From Nitrosopumilaceae archaeon (GTDB taxonomy: Archaea; Thermoproteota; Nitrososphaeria; Nitrososphaerales; Nitrosopumilaceae), in NCBI GenBank assembly GCA_035631875.1, contig DASQHX010000001.1:5655-37654 (forward strand): 32,000 nucleotides of DNA. Reading direction: 5' to 3'. The number at the start of each line of letters is the position of its first letter. Position 1 is the first letter of the stretch. Under the pieces are notes generated by a model that was not told the origin of the DNA, searched no databases, and saw only the letters and a program-made list of their open reading frames with translations. Positions 25,270-32,000 of this stretch are shown here, piece by piece. A program made the position numbers and the translations under genes.

Positions 25270-25343
25270 TGGGATCGGCCGGATTTGAACCGACGACCTC
25301 AGGTACCCAAAACCCGAATCATACCATGCTAGACCACGATCCC
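25270..25343 (-). tRNA. tRNA-Pro (anticodon UGG), no encoded CCA
   Basis: The 74-nt sequence was folded by hand. The acceptor stem is GGGAUCG/CGAUCCC. The anticodon stem is CGGGU/ACCUG, with loop UU-UGG-GU. The variable loop has 5 nt. The T arm is GUCGG-UUCAAAU-CCGGC. The D loop contains GG. The D stem is weak (G-U and U-U). Confidence 0.9.
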
Positions 25344-25424
25344 GATGTAAATGCAGCTTGGAGCTCCCCAATTTAAGCTTCACAGATGATGATTTTAAAT
25401 AACATACAAAATCAAGACTATTTT

Positions 25425-26315
25425 ATGCAAATCCAAGATTACATCAGTGCTGGAAAGATTGCATCGCAAGTAAGAGAAAATGCAAGAAAAAAAGATCATG
25501 TCGGGTCTACGTTATTTGAGATTTGCGAGTCAATAGAAAAAGAAATTATTCAAAAGGGTGGCAAGTGTGCCTTTCCAGTTAATACCAGTCTAAATGAGAT
25601 AGCAGCTCACTATACCGCAGAGCCAAATGACCAGAGAGCAATCAGTGAAACAGATTTGTTAAAAATTGATCTTGGAGTACAGATTAACGGATACATAGCA
25701 GATACTGCAGTAACTGTATGCTATGATCCCAAGTTTGATTTTCTAATACAAGCAGCAGAAGCTGCACTAAAGGATGCAATATCAATCATAAAAACAGGTA
25801 CAAAATCAAGCGATGTTGGAAAAACAATAGAAAACACAGTAAAACAGATGGGCTGTCAACCAATAGCAAATCTCAGCGGTCATTCCTTAGAACAATACAC
25901 TATTCATGCTGGAAAATCAATACCAAATATTTGGTCCATAGGATCTTTTTCGTTTTCGCCTACCGAAGCTTACGCGTGTGAGCCATTTGTTACAACAAAA
26001 GAAGGGTTAGGATTTGTACGCGAGGGTAAAACAAGAAACATCTTTTCACTTATCACTAGAAAAAGAACAAAGGATGCAGAAGCTGATAAGCTTGCTGATC
26101 ACATATGGGAAAAATTTAACATGTTGCCATTTGCATTAAGATGGCTTATTCCAACTTGGGAAGAGAAAAATGCTAGAATTTTGTTAGAGAAACTTGTTAA
26201 AAACAAGGTAGTAAGATCATATCCTGTATTAACTGAGGCAAATGGTGAAAGAGTAGCACAGGCAGAGCACACATTCATACCTCAAGAAAATGGAATAACA
26301 GTTACTACACTCTAG
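25425..26315 (+). CDS. map: Methionine aminopeptidase, type 2 (archaeal)
   Basis: MQIQDYISAGKIASQVRE...AFPVNTSLNEIAAHYT...DLGVQINGYIADTAVTV...NLSGHSLEQYTIHAGKSIPN...AQAEHTFI is co-linear with archaeal MetAP2. The track start at 25386 is probably too early: TATA-like gattttaaataac lies about 26 nt upstream of the ATG at 25425. Confidence 0.93.
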   Translation: MQIQDYISAGKIASQVRENARKKDHVGSTLFEICESIEKEIIQKGGKCAFPVNTSLNEIAAHYTAEPNDQRAISETDLLKIDLGVQINGYIADTAVTVCYDPKFDFLIQAAEAALKDAISIIKTGTKSSDVGKTIENTVKQMGCQPIANLSGHSLEQYTIHAGKSIPNIWSIGSFSFSPTEAYACEPFVTTKEGLGFVREGKTRNIFSLITRKRTKDAEADKLADHIWEKFNMLPFALRWLIPTWEEKNARILLEKLVKNKVVRSYPVLTEANGERVAQAEHTFIPQENGITVTTL

Positions 26316-26497
26316 GCACTAACTTCGCCAAAAATTTTGGTAATTGACATCTGACCTTTACATGATGAACATGTATCAGTTTTTTTAAATACGTAATCAC
26401 CATCTCTGAATTTTCGTTTTAAAATTGTGTTACATGAATTGCATTGCTCTATAGTATATGGTGCAATGATCTCTTCTTTTTTTCTTTTAAATTTCAT
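26312..26497 (-). CDS. Small zinc-ribbon protein
   Basis: The 61-aa protein carries CNSC-x22-CSSC. Its start overlaps the stop of the upstream DUF1512-like gene as ATGA (26494-26497). Confidence 0.55.
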   Translation of the reverse strand: MKFKRKKEEIIAPYTIEQCNSCNTILKRKFRDGDYVFKKTDTCSSCKGQMSITKIFGEVSA

Positions 26498-27615
26498 TGC
26501 GAAACTCCAAGAGTGTTTCCCACTCCAATTACTAGGACAGATTGACCTGGTTTTGCATTATCTTTAATCATTTCATGTATTTGTGACGTTACCTTTTCTG
26601 CAGAGTCCGCAATTTCTTTTTTCATAAGCGTGATGGCTTCTTTGATTGATTGTTTTATTACAATAGCATAAATAGGAATTTTGTATTTTGTTGCAACCTC
26701 TTCAATTTGATATCTATCAGTACCAATTCCCCCAATTGCCGCACCAAATCCTTGTGTTACAGTACCAGAATCTTCTCCTTCTAGTTTTAATGCTGCATCA
26801 ACCATTACTATTACATCAGGTTTACTTTCAGATATAATTCTCTCTAATGCATCACCTGGTCTTCCAACTGTTGCAGATGGTCCTTCGGCCTTCATCAGAT
26901 AGAGTTTTCTTCCCTCGAATTCTTTTTCGCTCCACACTGTTTCAAATGCAGCAGTTTTCTTTTCTGTTCCAATCATCATCTTTCCAACAATCATTGGTCC
27001 TATCCCATCACCTATTGGTTGACCTTGTTTAAAGGCAGAAACAGCACCCTTTAGCGCCTCTGCTTCTTCCATGATAAATGGCATCATCATTTGTAATGGC
27101 AAAATGAGCGGAAAATTATTTTGTTTTTTTGCTGTAAGATAAAGGTGTCTTACCATTTTGTAAAACAAGTGCAAAGTAGTAACCGCTTCCAGAATGTTTT
27201 CTATTTTACTTGCGTCCATCGAGTTCATTTCTGATGAAATTGTTTTTACTTGCAATCTAGTATAATCCTCACGTGAACGCATGATGTGTCTGATTTTCTG
27301 AATAATTCCATTGGGATCCATATCAACTGGCATTATTGTAAAATATTCAAGATACCTGTCGATTTTTGCAGATGGATCTGTTGTTGGTTTTATTGTAGTT
27401 TTTATGTAATCTAGTAATTCTTTTCTTGTATCTTCTTTGAACGTCTTTAGTTTTTCAAGCGATTTGTTGATTTCAGATGATGTTATTTGTAACTGAATCC
27501 TTTGACCATAAAACATGAAGATTACTATCGGTACAATCCACACAAGCAACATCAGAGGATTAGAATTATCATTAAAGTTGAGGAGTTTGTCTACGTTAAT
27601 TCCTAGAAAATCCAA
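26494..27615 (-). CDS. Archaeal membrane-anchored protein of unknown function (DUF1512-like)
   Basis: The 373-aa protein has an N-terminal TM (LMLLVWIVPIVIFMFYG). Its soluble body contains GQPIGDGIGPMIVGKMM and GFGAAIGGIGTDRYQIEE. Size and architecture match my recollection of the archaeal DUF1512 family. This needs an HMM check. Confidence 0.6.
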   Translation of the reverse strand: MDFLGINVDKLLNFNDNSNPLMLLVWIVPIVIFMFYGQRIQLQITSSEINKSLEKLKTFKEDTRKELLDYIKTTIKPTTDPSAKIDRYLEYFTIMPVDMDPNGIIQKIRHIMRSREDYTRLQVKTISSEMNSMDASKIENILEAVTTLHLFYKMVRHLYLTAKKQNNFPLILPLQMMMPFIMEEAEALKGAVSAFKQGQPIGDGIGPMIVGKMMIGTEKKTAAFETVWSEKEFEGRKLYLMKAEGPSATVGRPGDALERIISESKPDVIVMVDAALKLEGEDSGTVTQGFGAAIGGIGTDRYQIEEVATKYKIPIYAIVIKQSIKEAITLMKKEIADSAEKVTSQIHEMIKDNAKPGQSVLVIGVGNTLGVSQ

Positions 27616-27697
27616 TGATAGAAAAGCTTGTTTTTACCAAATTAAATCTTTGTTAAAAACCATGATCATTTTTAACTTATAAAAACAATGAATTATA

Positions 27698-29143
27698 ATG
27701 AAAGCGGAAAATATAGGTGCTGAAATTCAGCGAATTGTACAATGCAGGGTACTTTGGGATAAACATAGTCGTGATTTTTATTCTGTTGACGCCAGCTCAT
27801 ATATTGTAAAACCACTGGTCATTGTTTTCCCAAGAAATGAAAATGATATTATTAAGATTCTAGGATTTGCCTCAAAAAAGAACATTCCAGTCACACCTCG
27901 TGGTGCTGGAACAGGTCTTGTCGGAAGTGCACTAGGCAAGGGAATAATTCTTGATTTGAAATATTTTGATAAAATCAAAACATATCCAAATTATGTGCAT
28001 GTGGGTTCAGGTCTCCTTAAGGGAACTCTTGATAAAAATTTAGAAAAAAATAACAAGTTTTTTGGGCCGGATCCGTCAGTTGGTCCATACTGTACAATTG
28101 GTGGGATGATTGCCACAAACGCAAGTGGTATTCATTCACTCAAGTATGGTAGTGTTATAGACAACTTGATTGGAGTAAGGATAATAACTTCAAATGGCAA
28201 AGCAATTAATTTTCCATCAAAATCACGGTTTGGTAACAAGATACTAAAAATTATAAATCACAATATTCAAAAAAAATTTCCTCGTGTATCAAAAAATTCT
28301 TGTGGTTATAGACTAGACAAAATCACAAAAAAAACAGACTTGCAAAAAATCGTTGCAGGTTCTGAAGGTACTTTGTGCATTATCATTTCTGCAAAGATAA
28401 AGATTTTACCACTACCAAAAAAGAAAATTCTAATCATATTATCATATAGAAATTTAGAACAAGCTGTAATTGATTCTGCAAAAATAGTAAAACTTGCACC
28501 TTCTGCACTGGAGTTAATAGATAAGAAAATAATTAAACACATTAAATTTGATTTTCCTATAGATACAGGATGTCTGTTATTTGTAGAGTTTGACAGTAAC
28601 ATTGAGAAAAGCAAGGCTAATCTTGGAGAGATAATCAAATCTGAAAGAATCATCAAAATTTTGACAAAAAAAGACGAAGTAAAAAAGTGGTGGAGTCTTA
28701 GAAATTCAGCACTAGGATTAAGTCTGAGAGGGATTACTCCAGATCAAAGTTTACCAACGTTAATTGAGGATGCTACAGTTTCTGTTGAGAAACTTGTTGT
28801 GCTTGTTGATATAATCAAAAAGATTTCAGAAAAATACAAGTTAGACATAATCACATACGGTCATGCTGGAAACGGCAACCTGCATATTAGACCTGTGATT
28901 AGAAACAAAAACAAAAAATTGATGAAAAAAATAGCTGCTGAATTTTTTTCCAAAGTAATAGCGACAGGCGGGAGCATAACAGGCGAACATGGAGATGGTC
29001 TTGCTAGATCAGAATTTGTAAAATTACAATATGGAAATTATATCTATTCTGTTTTTAAGAAAATAAAACAAGAGTTTGATCCAAAAAATATTTTAAATCC
29101 AGATAAGATAATCACCACAAAAAGCAGTATGATAAAAATTTGA
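27698..29143 (+). CDS. FAD-linked oxidase / dehydrogenase (GlcD / D-lactate dehydrogenase-like)
   Basis: The FAD_binding_4 region has VTPRGAGTGLVGSALG and GPYCTIGGMIATNASG. The C-terminal region has GSITGEHGDGLARSEF and FDPKNILNPDKI. Confidence 0.88.
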   Translation: MKAENIGAEIQRIVQCRVLWDKHSRDFYSVDASSYIVKPLVIVFPRNENDIIKILGFASKKNIPVTPRGAGTGLVGSALGKGIILDLKYFDKIKTYPNYVHVGSGLLKGTLDKNLEKNNKFFGPDPSVGPYCTIGGMIATNASGIHSLKYGSVIDNLIGVRIITSNGKAINFPSKSRFGNKILKIINHNIQKKFPRVSKNSCGYRLDKITKKTDLQKIVAGSEGTLCIIISAKIKILPLPKKKILIILSYRNLEQAVIDSAKIVKLAPSALELIDKKIIKHIKFDFPIDTGCLLFVEFDSNIEKSKANLGEIIKSERIIKILTKKDEVKKWWSLRNSALGLSLRGITPDQSLPTLIEDATVSVEKLVVLVDIIKKISEKYKLDIITYGHAGNGNLHIRPVIRNKNKKLMKKIAAEFFSKVIATGGSITGEHGDGLARSEFVKLQYGNYIYSVFKKIKQEFDPKNILNPDKIITTKSSMIKI

Positions 29144-29151
29144 TTAGTGTA

Positions 29152-29478
29152 TTATTTTATTTTTGTTCCAAGTGGTACTTCTTCATTTACTGTTAGCCAG
29201 AACGGTTTATCGTTTACATCTGCGGCCAAAAGCATTGCATTTGATTCAAATCCCGCAATCTTTCGTGGTTCTAGATTTGCAATAACAACCACCGTCTTAC
29301 CAACTAGATCTTCTGGTTGATAATATTCTGCACCGCCAATTATTACTTCACGCTTTTCTTCTCCTAAATCTATGATTCCTTTAATAATCTTCGATTTTCC
29401 AAGTATTTTTTCGGTGCCAAGTATTTTGGCTATACGAATATCGAGTTTAGCAAAATCATCATATGTAATATTTGGCAC
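29152..29478 (-). CDS. tRNA-binding domain protein (Trbp111/CsaA-like OB fold)
   Basis: DFAKLDIRIAKILGTEKI...VIIGGAEYYQPEDLVGKTVVVIANLEPRKIAGFESNAMLLAA is co-linear with stand-alone Trbp111 and the MetRS C-terminal domain. Confidence 0.88.
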   Translation of the reverse strand: MPNITYDDFAKLDIRIAKILGTEKILGKSKIIKGIIDLGEEKREVIIGGAEYYQPEDLVGKTVVVIANLEPRKIAGFESNAMLLAADVNDKPFWLTVNEEVPLGTKIK

Positions 29479-29638
29479 ACCAAGGATAATTTTATCACAT
29501 TAAAATTGATTTCGAAATTATGAAACAATTTTCTAATAACCTCAAAATTAAGGATTGACCCGTTAAAAGTTCCAGTTAAACGTGAGAATAATAAGTTAAT
29601 TTAATAACTATCAAAATCAAAAATAGGTAGGACGTAAT

Positions 29639-30817
29639 ATGAGTAGTGTACAAAAAGAGATTGTAACTAGACATTCAAAATCTCTTTCAGTTGTTGTACC
29701 CACTTATAATGAATCTAAAAATATTGTGGGCATACTAGATTCTTTATGTAAACATCTACCTATTGATACAGATACTGAGATCATAGTAGTTGATGACAAT
29801 TCACCAGATGGTACTGGAAATATAGTTGAAGAATATGCAAAAAATTCTAAAAGGGAAAATACCCAATCTGTTCAAGTCATACATAGAAAAACTGAACGTG
29901 GATTGAGTTCTGCAATTCTTGCTGGCATCAGCTGTGCCAAAGGTGAATCAGTTGTTGTAATGGATAGCGATTTCTCACATCCTCCACAAACAATTCCAAA
30001 AATGATAGAGGAGCTTCACAAATCCGAATGCGATATAGTAGTAGCATCGAGATATGTCGATGGTGGTTCTGTAAAAGGATGGCCGTTTAAAAGAAAAATA
30101 ATAAGCAAAGGAGCGACCAAAATTGCTCAACATGGATTAGGAATAAAAATCAAAGATCCAATGTCGGGTTTTTTTGCATTCAAACGCAGTATTATTAATA
30201 ATATCAAGTTTGATGCCATGGGATACAAAATACTTTTAGAAATACTTGTAAAAACACGAGGAGTAAAAGTAAAAGAGATCCCATATGAATTCATTAATCG
30301 TAAAGAAGGTTCAAGCAAACTAGATACAGCTGTAACTATTGATTATGTCAAATCATTATGGAGTCTATACCGTTATGGTAAAACCATCCGTGAAAAAGAA
30401 AAAAGAATTTCTGTACGTTTTCTCTCAAAAGCTGGAAGATTCTATACAGTAGGTGCCTCAGGTTTACTGGTAAACTATTTAGTTTCATTTCTTTTTGGAG
30501 TAGTTCTATCTAACTTATGGTACATCTATGCAACCATGATAGGAATTGTATTTTCTATGACATCAAACTTTATTCTAAATAAAGTGTGGACTTTTGAGGA
30601 TAGAGACTTTGATCTTAAAAAAACTCTAAAGCAATACGGATTATTTTTGGGCTTTAGTGGAATAGGTGCAATATTTCAGATTTTCATGATTTACGTTCTA
30701 GTAGAATCAAGACACTTGAATTATTCTATTGCATTGTTTGTAGCAGTAGTTATTGCATCTGTTGGAAATTTCATCTTAAACAAAAGATGGACTTTCGAAG
30801 AAAAAGTTTGGAGTTAA
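29639..30817 (+). CDS. GT2 polyprenyl-phosphate sugar synthase (Dpm1/GtrB/ArnC-like) fused to a C-terminal GtrA-like four-TM domain
   Basis: The GT2 part has LSVVVPTYNESKNI, VVDDNSPDGT, VVMDSDFSHPP (DxD) and ASRY. The GtrA-like part (nt ~30431-30805) has the paired motifs SNFILNKVWTFED and GNFILNKRWTFEE. Confidence 0.88.
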   Translation: MSSVQKEIVTRHSKSLSVVVPTYNESKNIVGILDSLCKHLPIDTDTEIIVVDDNSPDGTGNIVEEYAKNSKRENTQSVQVIHRKTERGLSSAILAGISCAKGESVVVMDSDFSHPPQTIPKMIEELHKSECDIVVASRYVDGGSVKGWPFKRKIISKGATKIAQHGLGIKIKDPMSGFFAFKRSIINNIKFDAMGYKILLEILVKTRGVKVKEIPYEFINRKEGSSKLDTAVTIDYVKSLWSLYRYGKTIREKEKRISVRFLSKAGRFYTVGASGLLVNYLVSFLFGVVLSNLWYIYATMIGIVFSMTSNFILNKVWTFEDRDFDLKKTLKQYGLFLGFSGIGAIFQIFMIYVLVESRHLNYSIALFVAVVIASVGNFILNKRWTFEEKVWS

Positions 30818-30841
30818 TCCTGCAATGGTAAACAACCAAAT

Positions 30842-32000
30842 ATGCCTACATTAAAAATATCAAGTCTACTTTTTAGAAGAATTAGTCGCGTCTCAATTAT
30901 TTTTCTTCTAATTCCGTTAACGCTATCTGCATTTACACATTTGTGGAATCCAGTAGGCTTCCCAGATATTTTCTATGACGAAGGAGTATACATGTACAGA
31001 GCGATGAATGTTTTAGCAGGTCTAGGACCGCAAACTAATACCTTCCATGATCATCCGTTTTTTGGACAGTTTTTCTTGGCAGGTGCATTATCTTTAACAG
31101 GTTATCCAGATTCGCTTCATCCCAAACCTGATGCGCATTCTATAGAAATGCTCTATCTAGTTCCACGAATATTGATGGGTTTACTAGCAGTATTGGATAC
31201 TTTTCTGATATTCAAGATCTCAGAGCGTTGTTATTCAACAAAAGTTGCTTTTTTAGCTTCAATCTTGTTTGCTGTCATGCCAATAACTTGGCTTGTGAGA
31301 AGAATATTGTTAGATTCCATATTACTCCCATTTCTGTTGACATCCATACTTTTTGCAGTTTATACAAAAAATTCTCAACATAGTAAATTGTTTACCGTGA
31401 TTTCTGGGATTTTACTTGGAATTGCTATTTTTACAAAAGAAACCGCATTTGTCATGATTCCAGTAGTGGCAATTCTGCTGTATCAGAACACAAAGAGTAG
31501 AAAAACTCTTGTGTTGTGGTTCATACCAGTAATTTTGATACCATTATTATGGCCCGCTCAGAGCATCGCCGATAATCAATTCCACAAATTCGTTGCTGAT
31601 GTCTTGTTTCAAGTCCACAGGCAAAATAACAACTTTGTAAATATTGTAGGAAATTTTGCTGGTTATGATCCAGTCTTGCTAATATTAGGTATAACTGGAA
31701 CTGTTTATGCTGCCATAAAAAGAGATTCCATGATTTTGTTGTGGATAATTCCATTTGTGATATTCCTTGTTTCAATAGGCTATGTCCAATATTTTTATTG
31801 GATTCTCATATTACCTGCATTTTGTATTGCGTCATCCAAATTCATAATAGACAAATTAGAGACCGTAAAGAAAAACAATCAACAAATTGTTACATTTTCC
31901 ATAATAGCTAGCATATGCATTTTTGGATTTACTATGTCAACGTTATTAATTACTACAAATATTTCAGGCCAATTTGAAGCTGCAGCATACGTTATTCAAA
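30842..32000 (+). CDS. GT-C fold glycosyltransferase (PMT_2 / ArnT-like), 3'-truncated by the window edge; not in the ORF track
   Basis: I translated by hand from the ATG at 30842 to the window end (386 codons) and found no stop. TM1 is followed by PDIFYDEGVYMYRA, an acidic DE motif in the first loop as in PMT/ArnT enzymes. More than nine further hydrophobic segments follow. The ORF starts 24 nt after the GT2-GtrA gene. Confidence 0.75.
   Translation, partial: MPTLKISSLLFRRISRVSIIFLLIPLTLSAFTHLWNPVGFPDIFYDEGVYMYRAMNVLAGLGPQTNTFHDHPFFGQFFLAGALSLTGYPDSLHPKPDAHSIEMLYLVPRILMGLLAVLDTFLIFKISERCYSTKVAFLASILFAVMPITWLVRRILLDSILLPFLLTSILFAVYTKNSQHSKLFTVISGILLGIAIFTKETAFVMIPVVAILLYQNTKSRKTLVLWFIPVILIPLLWPAQSIADNQFHKFVADVLFQVHRQNNNFVNIVGNFAGYDPVLLILGITGTVYAAIKRDSMILLWIIPFVIFLVSIGYVQYFYWILILPAFCIASSKFIIDKLETVKKNNQQIVTFSIIASICIFGFTMSTLLITTNISGQFEAAAYVIQ

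Noticed and set aside
25180-25383. The 67-aa minus-strand ORF from the track.
   Set aside because: It is almost entirely occupied by the tRNA-Pro gene (25270-25343) and the riboswitch promoter region. Its sequence composition is that of a tRNA read as protein.
25200-25430. The tRNA-Pro locus as an integration site for a mobile element or provirus.
   Set aside because: There is no integrase, no duplicated tRNA 3' fragment and no compositional shift nearby. The flanking genes are housekeeping (crcB, map).
1-32000. A window-wide search by eye for CRISPR arrays, rRNA genes, transposases or integrases, toxin-antitoxin pairs and restriction-modification or other defence operons.
   Set aside because: None were found. 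The only nuclease-fold gene (9228-9863) has no methyltransferase, ATPase or other defence-type neighbours.

Overview
This is an AT-rich, tightly packed archaeal window. Protein motifs and gene content (aIF1/SUI1, Sec61beta, Tsr3, CofC/CofD, type-2 MetAP, archaeal-type RNase P RNA, TATA-like boxes about 25-30 nt upstream of start codons) fit an ammonia-oxidising Nitrosopumilales-like thaumarchaeon. That taxonomic assignment is inference. I support about 34 CDS. Four elements are absent from the ORF track. (1) An RNase P RNA at 16424-16706 (-). (2) A tRNA-Pro(UGG) at 25270-25343 (-). (3) A fluoride (crcB-motif) riboswitch at 25101-25162 (-) leading a crcB-DUF190 operon. (4) A 54-aa Sec61beta gene at 11579-11743 (-) whose stop overlaps, as ATGA, the probable start of a DUF2070-like membrane protein. 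A fifth, open-ended GT-C glycosyltransferase ORF runs from 30842 off the right edge. Most of the window is housekeeping. I see no CRISPR array, rRNA, transposase, integrase or obvious defence island. The candidates for under-described biology are these: a same-strand coiled-coil / minimal JAMM / TM-Gly-rich-Zn-ribbon / unknown gene string (1734-4169); a 1158-aa LTD plus seven-Ig-like-module surface protein; a GtrB-GtrA fusion plus GT-C (Gtr-like) glycosylation pair; a secreted NodB-like protein with tandem WIKNxAGxW repeats; a peptide-type ABC importer with no ATPase genes; and coupled DUF1512/Zn-ribbon and Sec61beta/DUF2070 pairs. None of these can be proven novel from sequence alone. All family calls are by-eye motif recognition and need profile searches.
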